Assembly: GCA_002633005.1 (NCBI GenBank)
Contig: NMRA01000119.1
Coordinates: 580,698-644,697 of the forward strand
Source: Phoronis australis
Lineage: Eukaryota; Animalia; Phoronida
Direction of reading: 5' to 3'
Length of the DNA stretch: 64,000 bases
Shown: piece by piece, positions 25,601-37,815 of the stretch
Numbering within the stretch: position 1 is the stretch's first letter
Layout: every line of letters begins with the position of its first letter
Notes under the pieces: generated by a model
What the model was told of the DNA's origin: nothing
The model's database searches: none
What the model saw: the letters and a program-made list of their open reading frames with translations, nothing else
Made by a program: the position numbers and the translations under genes

Positions 25601-28600
25601 GTTTACGCCTACTAGGTTGCTTGCTAATATTTGGCGGCGACAGAAATCGAAGAAACGATGAATCAATTACCGAAATGCGAGTCAAGCGAAGGGGCGGCCT
25701 CGGTACTTCATGCACACCCGTTCTCCGCCGCGTAGGCGTAATCTGTGTGCTGCGGTCGCGTACGTACTTCACAGAAAATTACCGCGAAACCACGACGAGG
25801 TGACTGTGGGAGTTCCTCGCTTATTCTTCCCGTTAACAGTTCTTTTATATTGGCGGTAAGTGCACAAGATCTAAAGCTTTTTTCCAGTCTTTAATGCAGT
25901 GCTATAGCCACATGCAATTCCATTTGTTGTCAATATTTTGCAAAAAGCAAACGGAGGCCCATGCACAGTCACGCCGGGGTGTACCTTTGTAGGCGTACAA
26001 CTACTAGCCCACAGAGTCAACTGTTAAAAAATTCGTGTTTTCCGTTTTAATCATTCGTTTCGGCTTTCGATGCGCGAGTCCTGGTGTGGAATATCATAAA
26101 CAGTAGAAGATCACCACATTTTTGCATTTTGGGTTCAAATTCAATTGTAAACAAAGAGGGTCTCTAATGTAAAAGAGGGTGTCTCGCATCAGGTCAGGTG
26201 TTTACGGTGTTTATCTAAGTAAACCTTTGCCTCATTGGACTGGTACAGAACGACATAATCTCCCTGGGAATTTTCTTTTAATGGTTAAAAGTTTTCAAGT
26301 AGTCAAAAAACGTTGATCACGTCTAGAATCGTATTCCAGTCTCCATGCCTGACACTTTCAGAAAGACCTAACTGGACTCGACCTGGCAGCCGTTCTTTGT
26401 TGTGAGCCAAAAATGCCTGTATGTTACAAGTTACCTAAACCTCATGATAGAAGCGCCAGCAAACTGGCCATGAGTTCAGTAACGCTGGGATTTCGCTAAA
26501 AAGCAAGACTTCGCGAGATTATCTGAGGTGCTGCTGTGCATTTTAAATGAGAACACGTGATTTAGCAGGATTTTTGCGAGGTCTTAGCATTAATGAACTC
26601 TACCCTGTTGAAGCGATAAGTGAGAACTGGTCGTAGAGAACATTGATGGATCAAAATGGCTCCCTGCAAGTATACCTTATCGTTGGTTTTCTTTTCTCTT
26701 TTACAGGTACCGCTTACTACAAAAAACAACTCAAGATTGGAAATGGCTTTTTGTAAATAATTAATTAAAAATATCGATTACTGGTTGAAAACTTCATCTT
26801 CATGAAGCAAAGCCTTTGGGTGAAGGTCGTTGAACTTTTCTGCCTACGAACACTAAATTTCCATGTACCTGGTCGAACATTGTTTGAATGTCAGCGTACA
26901 ATGCAGGATACGTTAAAAGAAGTGCATGTTAGACTCCATTTGCTGAAAAACAAAACAGTGTTCAGAGACGTGTGTTCCGCAGAAGTTGCTGTATTTTACA
27001 TGCCAGTGCCACTGCGCTTTCTCTTTGCCACATTCTTTTCGCACAGCAATCGACACCATGCTCTACTATGATGGGAATTAGGGGCGGATCCAGGATTTTG
27101 AGTTGGGGGGAGGCAGGGCAGAGTATTGGCCAGGATTTTGCACGGCATACATTCGCACCCCCGAACAACAGCCAAATGGAATCTGGGAGAATTTTAGGGG
27201 GGGGGCATGGCCCCTCTCCCCCTTAAATCCGCCACTGTGAGTAGCACTGAGAAAGTTTGATTGAGGACTTTGTACAATACAGCTAAACACGTGAAACGTT
27301 CATTCACGAATAGATCAGTACATATGAATTACCACAACCACATTGTGTAAGGTGAAATAACTATAAAAACGGAACCCAATAAAAATGAAATGCGATAACC
27401 AAAATGGATGACAATAGGAAATGACAATTAAAATCGTTGATAATAGCACAGCTTCTACGTGACGCTCGCTGGTTCCCTGCTGGCGCGGCTACCGCCCCCA
27501 CCTAGCGGCACGCAGGGAACCAGCGAGCTACGTGACGTTTCTGTTTCGTAACTCAAGCATGTATCACCAGGGAAATTTCCGGTGTCTAGCATAAGCCTGG
27601 CAACAGCTGATTCCCTTATACTACCTGGCACAAGTGCGTGGTCTATAATACTGTACCATCCTACCTGTTCGCTGACGACGAACGTGAAGTCGGCATTTTG
27701 CTTCTGTAGTAATCTAATGAGAACGTTCAGAAGTTGAAGCAAGTGACTTTCTCTGTCGCGATACGGTATAATTATCGCCACCTTGTGTCGGGCAACGCAG
27801 TTGCTAGGAGACCAGCTCCCTTCTGACATTGATTCATATTTTTTGCTTAGGAAATCCATTGACAGGTTTTCTTTCGCAGCTGCAGTATCACTGAAGGGTT
27901 TGTCTGAAATGTACGCAAAACATCGTTTTTATATTATGCGATGTGTTTTCAATGGAATACTAGTGTCACTTATGTGATTGCCCACAAACCGTAATCAAAG
28001 CATACTCGTTCAGGTTTTGCCCAAATCTCCGACGTTGTCCTAGTTTTTGTGCAGTGTTAGCATGCTATAACTGTTGCTAGGAAATGGTGCGGGTCAAATT
28101 AATATAACAGACATAAGTGAGCTGTTCGTTCTTTGAAACAAGTACAATGCGCCTGTTCCCATGTTTTTGCCCATAGTGCAGCTCATCAGTTTAAAGGTAC
28201 TGACCTTTGTCTACCTGCAGTACCCGTTTCTCAAGTCTGCAATCTATGAGTAGTCTAGGTGTCCTGGTATAATTTGGCTGGCCAGATTATTTTAATGGCA
28301 CGCTCCCCGTTAGTCGCTGCTGAGGCTCTGCCTCTAGAGGGCGGGGTCCTGATTTGGGCTGTAGTACCTCAGTTAGCTAAATTGTAGGTCAAACACTGTA
28401 TACATTTGCTCCCCAAGAACAGCCGGGACCAAGCTCTTTGTCTCTCCATTGCAAAAATGTCCCTTTTGTGGAGTTCTAAAAGCACAAGGCGCAGGAATCT
28501 GACCCACCCACCTGAGCGGCCCTTTCCGTATACGTCTCCTATCCAACTGCCCAGTGTCGCCAAACGTACACTTTCATTGACGTATAAGGCCTGTAGCAAG

Positions 28601-31600
28601 GGGGGGTCGATCGGTTTGATCGACACCACCCTTCTGCGGGAATAGATTCTGTCCCAGCCAATCCGTTACGTATACGATATAGATGAGCAACAAAATTGTT
28701 GTAGTCATTATTGATACTACTCAGTACAATGACAAACAAGTTAGTAAAAAATTCGTGCTTGCTTCTGATTCAAAGCGCTTAACCTAATCTGTTCGGGCCG
28801 TGCTCGCGTAGATGACAGGATGGTGCAGACGATTAGCTAGAGGACACTTCATGTTAATGATTGTCTTAAAGCCACCATATAACGACCAAATGGAACATGT
28901 TAGATTTATGTATCATTGATCGACACAAACACATCCTCTCTTCGTTTACTCCTGACGTTAACTAATTACGCCAGTGTTATTCCTAATTTTCTATAGTATT
29001 TCAATTCCTCAGAATCCATAGAACGTGGCCATCCATGTTTGACATGCTGCAATGCCCTTAAAATATAAGAATCTTTTAAGGATTTCTTTGTGAACAATTT
29101 AAATTTAATTGGCTTATTTGTTGAACAGAAAAAACTGCGTTCACGTCTGCTTGCTCTTCCTTCCTGTCAAATTGCGGATCGTTACCACATGGTAAACGAC
29201 TCAATGCATCTGCATTCAAATGATAAGACGTCTTCCGAATATTCAAACTGACACAGAAGTAATGCCCATCTGGCCAGTCGATAAACTGCCATTCAGGAAC
29301 TCCTTTAGTTGGTCCGAAAATGTGATCAGTAACCAAAATAATTCGTCGTCTGTAAAGAAAATGAGGAAATTTCTTCAGTGCAAAATGACTGCAAGAGCCT
29401 CACTTTGAACTTGGCTGTATTTCCTTTGCGTATCCGTGAGATTCGTTGAAAGATTGGCAATCTGTCATTCACTTCCATCCGGATAGCGATGAAAAAGAAC
29501 AGCTCCAATCCCAACATTGGAAGCATGGCAGGAAATTCCTAATTGTTTTGTCGGGTCAAAATGAGCAAGAACTGTGTCTATACATAGGATTTCTTTTTAG
29601 CTTTGAACAATTGAACTCTTTACGTGTTAGACGGTTGAGAGGGATCAGTTAAAGTAGCTAAATTCGAGTGCCGAGTTTCCATAGAACTGTAACGACCCAA
29701 AGAACGAACGCAGATGGGAAACATCCGAAGGAGCAGGCATCTTTAAAATAACATCTACCTTATTTCCCTTTCTAATGCCTTCATGAGAAAGCATGTTATC
29801 AAGGTGTTCTACAGTCTTTTGGCCAAAAACACATTTTTTCATACAACATCTCATGCCATTATCTTGAAGTAAATGTCGCACGTTTTGGAGATGTTCAACA
29901 GAATTGCGACCGCTCACTAAAATATCATCTCAATTTACAACCACACCATGTAAATCACTAGTCAATTTGTCCATCATATCCTGGAAATAACAAGGGGCTG
30001 AACTAATGCCAATTGGCAATATGTTTGTAGAAGAAATCCACGATGTGTGAATAGTGCCAGACGCCTTTGACTTGCCGGTGTTAATTTAATCTGATTATAC
30101 TCATCAGTTAAATCTATTTTTGTGAAATTCTAGCAGCCACTGAGTTTTCGCATTAGATCTTCAGGCGGGAGTAGTGGATGACGGTGAGTTTCAAGTTGAG
30201 GATTTATCATGACTGAGTAATCTCCACATACGCTTAACTTCCGTTTAGCGGTGCTTTTCTTATAGGGACAACAGGTGTTCCGTACTCATCGAATTGTGTT
30301 GGTTCCCAAATTCCGCGTTTAACACCAGCCTCATACGCCTGATTCAAGTCATCCAGTAATGCAAAAGATACCGTGGGAGGTTTGCACAATATTGGTTGAA
30401 TATCGGGCTTGAATTTTATATCTAATTCGGTATCTTTTTTAACAGCCCAGTTCGGATTTTAATAAGTCTGGAAATTCATTGCAAATGTTTTTGCATGCTT
30501 GCTGAAACTTTACATCTTTTCCCGACCTCATGATAAACAGCACCAATTCTGTCCCGTTGGTTGTCCTCAAGCAAAACAGGAACCTCACAGAGAGGAGCAG
30601 TGACATCGATTCTTATTTGTCGAACTGCCGTTCGGCTTCTTAAATCGATTTTGCTAAATACCATTTCAATTTTTGCACAATGTTGCAAGTTAGACTGTAA
30701 CTTTGCATCTGCAACGAAAATTCCGAAGACTGGTAATGGTTTTTCATTTGCTGTGTAATACCGACTATGTGATGGAGATAGTACTGGTTTCCCTAACTTG
30801 ACCCAAACCTTCTCCGACACGAAATTGTCCGATGATCCAGTGTCTACATCAAAAACCTGGTTCTTTTCGCAAATGTGCACAAAAACCTGAATTGGATCCC
30901 GGTCCGAAATATAAGTACATGTCTTACTAAAATATTGCTCACTTTGGTCTCTTCATTTCTTATTTTACTTAGACTCTACGCCTCTATATGACCTTTCTCG
31001 TGTCATAAACGACATTCAGCCGTTTTAAACCGACAATCAGGTGCGAACTGCTCTCTTTTTCCCCTCGGGCGGTGATTCTCCAAAATCCACGAGGGCTCTA
31101 GATAGGGGGGATAACGACTGAGAACATGTAATAATCTATTTTTACCACATACTGAACGAGAAACGTTACAATGAATCGATCTACCTTGCTCGACTGGCCT
31201 GGGCTTTGTAACTACTTTCTATGCCAGAGGCCCGGGGCGGAGGTCGAGCTATTTTTGTCAAATAAGGCTTTTACTCAAAACCAATTGAAAATTTAAACAA
31301 AACAGAAATAAAGTGAACTATAAATTAAGGTTTAGCAACTATTATACCTTACTACGCATCTTATCATGCAAAGCTTCGACCGGGAAAATATCGTCTGCTA
31401 AAGTAGGTTACCACTGGTAACTGAGTATAATACTCAAGTCAACGAATCCCGATTACACGATACCCGCATTCAAATTGGAGATCGGTGATTTACAAGTGAG
31501 AAAATGAGATAAAAAAATTCAATGAATTAAAATATCACTTTTAATGGTCGGTACAATGCCCTTTGTTGAACATGCGATTGCTGCGCGTGCTCATTTATGT

Positions 31601-32240
31601 ATTCTATTTTCACGTTCGATGACGTCAGCTACTGAGTGTAGCAGCGGAAAAGTCGACGACTCGAAACCAGCCTCGTGTTCCCGTCAAAATGTTATTCAAC
31701 GCGCGTTGAATAACTAAATAGGTTCAGTATTTAACTTTTGTATTGATCAGGCACATAAAAGTGGTATAAAAAACAATACTACAGCAATACTGTTTCACGT
31801 AACTAAATTTTATACTTACAAGATTCCAAACCTTTGGGAAAGCAATCACATATTGGCAACTTTTTCTTAGCAGACAAATCAGTTTGTCCTGATGCTGCCG
31901 GTAGGTGACACTCAAACATCTGTTTTATATCATTCGCGTCATGAAGCATGTCTGGCTTAAGTGTACTCTTTAAAACAATCGTCGTAGATATGATTGACCC
32001 ATTTATCTTTATGGTGGTCTTGGTTTTCTTCGAAATTGACCGTGTGAGAGAAGAAACTGCTGCATTTGTTGTAGCATCCGTTTCGTTAACAACTGACTGA
32101 GTGCCTCTAAAGTCTTCATACGCTATGTTCCACTGATGTTTCCACGTCAAAGTTACAATGTAAACCGCCCAGATAACAAGAAAGAGGAACATTGTTCGTT
32201 TTTGGCGCCATATCAACAGCAACAAGGAGCGGCAAAGCAT
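13469..32240 (-). CDS. B4GALT-like: GT7-family beta-1,4-glycosyltransferase (B4GALT / bre-4-like), 6 coding exons, 408 aa: complement(join(13469..13619,17652..17756,22212..22334,22445..22632,27665..27903,31820..32240))
   Basis: Spliced by hand. Exon lengths 421+239+188+123+105+151=1227 nt, frame kept, all introns GT-AG, intron phases 1,0,2,2,2. Type II TM segment, Thr/Ser-rich stem, motifs VAIIIPYRDR, FNKAKLMN, FHDVDL, FIGGVS, FWGWGGEDD, YHMVKH, GGLSTL. Family is clear; orthology to a specific member is not established. Confidence 0.93.
14266..14363. repeat. ~100-bp near-perfect palindrome
   Basis: TGGCGTACATGAA..GACATTATTCCGCGTATCG / CGATACGCGGAATAATGTC..TTCATGTACGCCA. Confidence 0.7.
14293..16055. 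other. Tandem haplotype overlap (likely assembly artefact)
   Basis: 14293-15045 repeats almost identically at 15047-16055 across a single N (15046); the second copy has 256 extra bp (15343-15598). Confidence 0.8.
14603..14942. mobile_element. MITE with 6-bp TSD (TGGAAC), IS3EU-like; second allele at 15613-15952
   Basis: TIR TATGAAACGCCAAAGGGTTCTTAAACGAGT / ACTCGTTTAAGATCCCTTTGGCGCTTCATG; internal ~21-bp subrepeats; TGGAAC on both flanks. Confidence 0.65.
16305..16440 (+). repeat. Interspersed repeat fragment, second copy at ~23218-23350
   Basis: Shared TAGCAAGCGCCACC..GAGAACTGTGT..CAGGAAA..TTTAAAGAAAACGCA..GATACA. Confidence 0.6.
16652..17269. mobile_element. Non-autonomous Kolobok-like element
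   Basis: TTAA on both flanks; imperfect TIR AGGGGACTGGAACTC / AGAGGCATGGAACGC; two internal ~120-bp tandem units (16855-17093). Confidence 0.55.
17652..17756 (-). CDS. GT7 gene coding exon 5 (metal-binding MxxH loop)
   Basis: atttcag|G VLKKDIKLITLPLTLAKYHMVKHEHDKDNPITNI AG|GTAAGA; matches the RMIRHxRD..NP region of B4GalTs. Confidence 0.9.
17830..19610 (+). mobile_element. 5'-truncated, decayed LINE related to 6760-9490, antisense in GT7 intron 4
   Basis: EAQAEFRKGY, QGCIISPLLF, LLYADD, YKYLG, YGAEIWG, GECGRYP, EDEYHFLLVC, AATAAA at ~19603; colinear with the 7880-9490 copy. Confidence 0.88.
20130..20720. repeat. Internally repetitive non-autonomous element fragment (Helentron/HINE-like)
   Basis: Recurrent TGTCAAGTTTCA..GAAATCCGTC and AAAATGG(C/T)CACTAGG..GCTGCAG units; similar style at 32980-33540. 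Confidence 0.3.
22212..22334 (-). CDS. GT7 gene coding exon 4 (WGWGGEDD motif)
   Basis: gtttcag|A QFWDKFIGGVSVFTPEVYEKIDGHSNLFWGWGGEDDNIYR AG|GTAATC. Not in the supplied ORF track. Confidence 0.95.
22445..22632 (-). CDS. GT7 gene coding exon 3 (FNKAKL and DVD motifs)
   Basis: cctccag|GSPQVFNKAKLMNAAY...CYFFHDVDLIPED...YTC...AIDKANY AA|GTAAG. Confidence 0.95.
22790..23210 (-). pseudogene. Gypsy (Gmr1-like, SCAN-type) gag fragment
   Basis: LTGKDEEVFTALSVKETADYDIVKTHMLQSHELVPETYTKTF matches the LTGKAxxAYxxL..DYxxVKxAILxxYELxPExYRxxF pattern. Confidence 0.7.
23365..23512. repeat. Short inverted-repeat element
   Basis: TGAATCGACTAATGTGCCG / CGGCATATTAGTCGATTCA. Confidence 0.55.
23908..24058. 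mobile_element. hAT5-like MITE with 5-bp TSD (GTCTC)
   Basis: CAATGGCGGATTTA...ATCCTCCCTTG; GTCTC on both flanks; family copies at 27079-27238, ~41656-41803 and 54996-55157. Confidence 0.7.
27079..27238. mobile_element. hAT5-like MITE (same family as 23908-24058, opposite orientation)
   Basis: GGGGCGGATCCAGGATTTTGAGTT...TAAATCCGCCACTG; TSD degenerate. Confidence 0.65.
27464..27528. mobile_element. 65-bp mini-MITE with 17-bp perfect TIR and 8-bp TSD
   Basis: GCTCGCTGGTTCCCTGC...GCAGGGAACCAGCGAGC flanked by TACGTGAC on both sides. Confidence 0.75.
27665..27903 (-). CDS. GT7 gene coding exon 2
   Basis: tttcag|AC AAA CCC...; GSWSPSNCVARHKVAIIIPYRDRESHL...FVVSEQ|GTAGGA. Confidence 0.93.
28980..31050 (-). 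mobile_element. Decayed Ty3/Gypsy LTR-retrotransposon gag-pol (knuckle, PR, RT, RNaseH), in GT7 intron 1
   Basis: CRFKTAEC..KGHI knuckle, DVDTGSS protease, CGDY..INPQL, FTKIDL, GISSAP..FQ, degenerate YxDD (N*DDIL), VTDH, NADALSRLP, HGWP; many lesions. Confidence 0.88.
31060..31720 (+). mobile_element. Partial copy of the 5570-6476 palindromic element
   Basis: 31090-31290 is highly similar to 5650-5870; ends near the perfect 24-bp palindrome GTTATTCAACGCGCGTTGAATAAC (31691-31714). Confidence 0.65.
31820..32240 (-). CDS. GT7 gene coding exon 1 (cytoplasmic tail, TM anchor, stem)
   Basis: ATG at 32240 (MLCRSLLLLIWRQKRTMFLFLVIWAVYIVTLTW...), upstream acceptor ttcag at ~32264, Thr/Ser-rich stem with NET/NGS sequons, ends LPICDCFPKGLES + T|GTAAGT donor (phase 1). 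Confidence 0.85.
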
Positions 32241-32746
32241 TTCTGTGTACCTGTCTCTGGTTTCTGAAATTATACAAAACACTCAAGCAAAAAAGACTAA
32301 GATTAATCTTCAAGAAACATGAAAATTTCCGAAGCCTTTGGAACAAACAAGTCCGGTCTACTGTGGAATACCAGCATCAGATTTACATTTTTGTGCACTT
32401 TACCTCGATGTATGACAACGTCCATCATATGAACCGAACATTAAACAACGGGAAACTCAGTTCCCTGTGTTGGACCACAACCCGTTACAAAGACGTCCAA
32501 AAAGGATATAGCTGCAAGAGACAAGTCACGGTTCTGTTGTTCCTCGAAAGGTTTGAGACATATCGGTGCAGCATCGCAACTTCACCCCAACATGGATTCT
32601 ACTCTTCGTGAAATTATGTATTGTGCGTACAAACGGACAACGCTGACTCTGACTCATGAAATCAAACGAAATTAAATCAACACAAACAAATATAAAACAA
32701 GTACGAGTGACAATTAAAACAATACTCCACATGCAAACGGTTAATT

Positions 32747-32880
32747 CTTACTTCAACATAACGCGAAAGTATTCATTCCGGCTTCCGTGACTCGAATCGC
32801 GGCAGCACTTGAATTTTTTCATTGGTTCCTCCGATTTGAGCGGCTGAGACACCTGAGAACCAATCAGGTGTCTTAGCTGG
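32747..32880 (-). promoter_or_regulatory. Possible promoter and non-coding first exon of the GT7 gene
   Basis: Minus-strand donor-like GTAAGA at ~32747-32751, nearby CGGAA (ETS-like) cores, CCAAT boxes at ~32821 and ~32860. Exon 1 has an acceptor just 5' of its ATG, which implies an upstream UTR exon. Confidence 0.3.
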
Positions 32881-34329
32881 TTGACCCAACGAAATACACA
32901 AATGCTAATGACGACCACACTGGTGTTGCTGATGATGACGATGATGATAATGTAAAAACACTGAAGACAGGTGAGTGTCTAAATTTCATGTCGATCGCGC
33001 GAAATATACGCGTGGTGAGAGAGGAAGCAAGACATGGGAGAATGAAAGATCAGTCATCAGATCAGTAAATTTCGAATAATTCGAGAACGTTAAGTCGTAG
33101 CGAAAAGATAGAGCTCTGAGAAGCGAAAATTGCAAAAATGGCCATCTCTGGTGCAAATTCACGCAAGAACAATATGCATCGAGCTCTTAACAAGATGCAT
33201 ATTTTACATAAATTTCATGTCGATGGACAAAAATGTCACCTACAGCAAAGCATTAGAAAAAATGCTGCACTAAAATAATCACTTGACCTGTAAACTTCGA
33301 ATATCTTGGATGGTAAAACATAGCGAGGAACGGGTGAATACCGAATACACCACTTGAGTAGATCCATCCATTTACCAAATTTCATAAATATCCGTTAAGG
33401 ATGGCCGGATATACCCTTGAAAACCAATTAGAGTCATCAGAAAATCTCGAATAACTCAAGAACGGTAAGTATCAGCGAAAAATCAAGTTTCAGAAAAATT
33501 CGTCTTTTACGGCTTTTAAAAGCGAAAAATCAAAAAACAGGTGCCACTGCACCATTTAGAATCCGCTTTGGATCATACACACTACTAGCCTCGAGCTGTT
33601 GAGGAGACACCAAATTAGTCGTGAATAAGAGGAAGGATATGTAGAACGTGTGTTCTTCTTGATCTCTGTGACGTATGACTGCGCTGAAGCTAGTGTGATA
33701 TTGGTAAGATATTTTTACTCCGGAAAAAACTATTCAGTGCTGAATATAACAATGCCGTTCTCTCATGGGGTCCTGATGAGAGAGAAAATGTTAGAAATCT
33801 AGCCTACAGATTGGCATTAGATAAAATGAAATAATGAGTGTTAACTACATCACTTTACAAACAAAGTGTAGGACCACACAATTAAACATCACATACATTA
33901 GGTGCCTGTGCCCAGTTGCATGAAACAGTCCCAAATAGGGACTCAGCTAAGTTCCGGAAATCTTTTGTGTCTTTGTCGCGTTCTTTACTCCCAGATGTAA
34001 TATTTTTTTTATCACTTTATCTGCATTATTAGCTCCTCGTTGGCTAATGACATCTTCTAATAATGTCACTGAAAGCTGATCCTTTAATTCAGTCAAAATA
34101 AGTAAGAACATGTTCCTGTGTAGTATTGTAGCTTAAGCAACATTGAATCGTCACTACTACTCCGTTGTCTGCTAATGTGAAATGAATTATGCCAGCTGTT
34201 GTCCATGTTCTTTGCCACTAGAATCGTGGTTGTCACCAGCTGACAATTACTAACCGTTTAATCTAGAATACTATGACATACACTTCAAAGGTTACTCACC
34301 ACATTCAGTTGTAGTCCTTATGGTAGACT

Positions 34330-35830
34330 AGTTACATCACGCAGCAGAAAAGGCTTGTGTGCGTATAAAACCTATTTCATACAGTTTTTAAAAACGTATG
34401 AGCGCTTAGTTTCTCAGAAAAGAACACACAACAAACGCGAAGCTATTGCAAGCATTTACAAGCCCCTCCCCCTGCAACTCCAGACAGAAACATGCAATTA
34501 TATTTTCAGGAGTTTGCGGATGTCATTGCCAAATCGAGCACATATTACAAAGACCTCTTTGATACTGGCGACCGCAATATTAATTCATTAAAAAATTTTA
34601 CAATTGCAAAGTTCAAGATTTCCTTGACATAATGTCTAGCTTTCACCTTCAACCAAAAATCACTGATCCTTCCAAACTCAGCAGCCGAGCATCTTTAATT
34701 GGTCATATTTATTTTACATGTTCTGATGTTACTAAAATATCAAGCAGTGGCGTATTTTTTCCAATCTACGTTTGTCGGTACTAAATGTTAATGTTTTCTT
34801 GTATTTTTTTTCATATTCTTATTTTCTCTAGCATGATAATTGCATGTCACATAAAACAATACAGTATACATCATTTACAAAGAACAACATTAAATACCCA
34901 GTCAACACGTACCGTATTTTCTTCAGGATGTAATTTAATAAAGTTTGTGAACATTTGGAAATTGAGATTTTTCTAAAAAACTTGGCTAAATATGTAATTG
35001 TCAAGATATGTTTGTTTTAACCACTCACCAAGCAGGAGCCAGAAACCAGAGACAAGACGACATTCCCAAAACAGATGCAGAAAAGTTTCACTGTGTTAAT
35101 AAAAAAATAATTGCAGGCGGTCTGATACACGCTGTACCAGACGTGCGCAGGCCTCGCATGTGGGCCCATNTGTTACTAAAATATCAAGCAGTGGCGTATT
35201 TTTTCCAATCTACGTTTGTCGGTACTAAATGTTAATGTTTTCTTGTATTTTTTTCATATTCTTATTTTCTCTAGCATGATAATTGCATGTCACATAAAAC
35301 AATACAGTATACATCATTTACAAAGAACAACATTAAATACCCAGTCAACACGTACCGTATTTTCTTCAGGATGTAATTTAATAAAGTTTGTGAACATTTG
35401 GAAATTGAGATTTTTTTTAACAAACTTGGCTAAATATGTAATTGTCAAGATATGTTTGTTTTAACCACTCACCAAGCAGGAGCCAGAAACCAGAGACAAG
35501 ACGACATTCCCAAAACAGATGCAGAAAAGTTTCACTGTGTTACTGAATGTTAGTGTTATTACAAACCACAAGTTTCAAAAGAGTACATTTCCATTCAAAA
35601 TCAACGCCTAAGCCGGACTCTAAATACTGGACGCTGTCCAATACCAACATTTTCCTACAAAAACACACGGTTCAACAAATACAAGCACAAAATTAAGCCA
35701 TGGATAACACAAGGACTTATTTCAATAAAAATAGACTGTACAAAAAATACACCCGCAGCTATACTTGACGAACAAAAGAGCGTCTTTACCACCTACAGAT
35801 TAAAGAGCGATTGAAGAGTGTTCAACAAAA
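34330..35830 (+). pseudogene. Decayed L2/CR1-group LINE endonuclease-linker fragments
   Basis: IASIYKP, TGDRNIN (cf. GDFNIN), LQPKITDP..SLIGHI, KYKHKIKPWITQGL; interrupted by other sequence. Confidence 0.55.
34727..35542. other. Tandem haplotype overlap (likely assembly artefact)
   Basis: 34727-35098 repeats at 35171-35542 across a single N (35170); the first copy continues into a 71-bp insertion end. Confidence 0.8.
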
Positions 35831-35831
35831 T

Positions 35832-35983
35832 CAGGCTTGCGTAGACCCTAGGACCTACGCTAGGACCTAGCCAAAAGGTAGTCAAGGACACGTGCTCTTG
35901 TTTAAAATACACGGCAATATCTCGCGTAATCTCGCAAAATCTTGCTTTTAAGCTAGGTCCTAGCGTAACTGAACGGGAGGCTG
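35832..35983 (-). mobile_element. ~150-bp MITE (Harbinger-like), family of 49897-50052
   Basis: Reverse-complement similarity to 49897-50052, ending CTAGCGTAACTGAACGGGAGGCTG. Confidence 0.65.
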
Positions 35984-36899
35984 TATTCATCTGAAGTCTC
36001 TGTCTTACAGCACACATCACGAATAGTTTTAGTCCGACCGGTCGGCTAGGAGTCGACGACCGGCCCTCGACCGGTCATAAGGCGACCCACCAGCCAACGC
36101 AGCCGACCCGCTAGTCGGCTGCTATTTTCCGGGCTAGAGTTGCAGTTGCGTAATAGGTTGTCAGGCTGATACCGCTTAGTCTCCTGCACAAACCCTCGAG
36201 GTTGGTTGGGGTCTGCTACAGCGCACTTTTCCATATGCATTCTTGGAATATCATTGGCTGTTCCGATTTCAAGAAACAAGGCATTCTATTGGTCAGTTGA
36301 ATAATAGGTCAAACTAGTTCACCAACATGGCGACTTCCAGTAAGGGAATGTCGATGGATTTACAGCTGTTTAAATCTCTCTGTTCTCGTCAAACTCCCGC
36401 ATTTCAAAGCTAACGAGTCAATTAATACATCACCAGTAACGTATACGAAACATTTAATGATAATTATTATCTTGTATACTATGCTGTATTCTGAACTGAT
36501 GTGTTTTTTTACGAAATAATTTGTGGAAGAGATAGTCATTAGCTGATTAGCAGGCCATCCAGAACAACAGTCATTTTAGGGCCAGGCACACTATAGCACC
36601 GAATAGAGGGAAAGGAGTAGCTGAGAGCGTCGTGGCCACGGGAGATTGCCTCGATCTTTTCAGAGCACACCCTCTCGTATGTTAACATGTTCATGTACGT
36701 TAAGTAAGCTCCCGTGATTACCGTGAAGGTTGAATTGGGTCAGATAAGGATATATGCTGAAATACTGCTATTCATGACATTCTCATTATAATGTATAATA
36801 CACTGGCATACTTGTCACTACCCAGAGAAGTTAGGAGCATAAAATACAGTCAATGGTCCTAAACACACACACATTACCCAGTCAAGCAGTACGTAAGTA

Positions 36900-37815
36900 A
36901 AAAGTAAGTAATTTTTCTTATAGTGACATGTGTTCAAATGAATTTTAACAATGAATACATTACAAACACTAGGAACACCCAGGGCTTATAAGTCACTTTA
37001 GATACATGATGCAAAAAAGAAAAGACAAGTGTACGCGCATTGCAAGAGGACCAGAAAGAGAAGGCCGAGATAAAAGTGATCATGAATAAATATAATTTTT
37101 TCTCACTTCAAAAATATTTTTGATGAAAACTGAAGTTTTTCTAATAACATCTTTTTGTATGATTGTAATTAATTTACTTTCACAGATTTCTGCACGGAAT
37201 CGTGGATATTTAATCTCAACTTGACAGTAAAAGGTGTTTCTGGCATCTAAGAAAAACGGACACTCAAACAGAAAATGTAGTTCACTTTCCACCTGACCAG
37301 TGTGACAAAGACAGCAAATTCTGTCATCAAAATCTAGAGAACGAAAACGCCCAACCTCAACCAATAACTGTAGGGTTCCGGTTCTAATTTGAGCAAGAAT
37401 TGACCTACTAGGCCGACTTAAGTCTAAATGCACGTAAGGCTCAACTTCAAAGACATTCTTCATCAAAACATAGATTCTTAACTTTGGTTTCGAACGGCTT
37501 TCAAACAACCACCAATTACAGGCTAAATAATGCAAAATATTCTTACAGTGAGACAGATTAACTGAACGTAAGTTATGAAAACAATCTGATATCCCTAATT
37601 CCTTCAAAAATGCTCAAGACTTCAGACGACCAATTATTAGTACAAGTAGTGTAGTCCCACCAAAATGCTCGATATGTTAGTCTATTATCCTCGAAATTAA
37701 TACGATTCCACCTTCTCAAAAGCTCAATTTTCTGCCTAACACTGGGGGATTCCAACCCCATGTCACCCATAACAGCATGATTAGGAGCGAATTTGTGAAC
37801 GCCCAAGAAAAATCG
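36900..37815 (-). mobile_element. 3' end of a CR1/L2-group LINE
   Basis: FFLGVHKFAPNHAVMGDMG, KPKLRIY, LAQIRTG.L.L.VEVGR, CCLC...ESELHFLFEC zinc knuckle; stop at 37080. Confidence 0.85.

Noticed and set aside
27455-27664. C-terminal part of the 134-aa ORF
   Set aside because: Read-through into intron 2 beyond the conserved EQ|GT donor.
34785-35464. Two identical short ORFs suggesting a duplicated gene
   Set aside because: Product of the haplotype overlap around N35170; AT-rich non-coding sequence.
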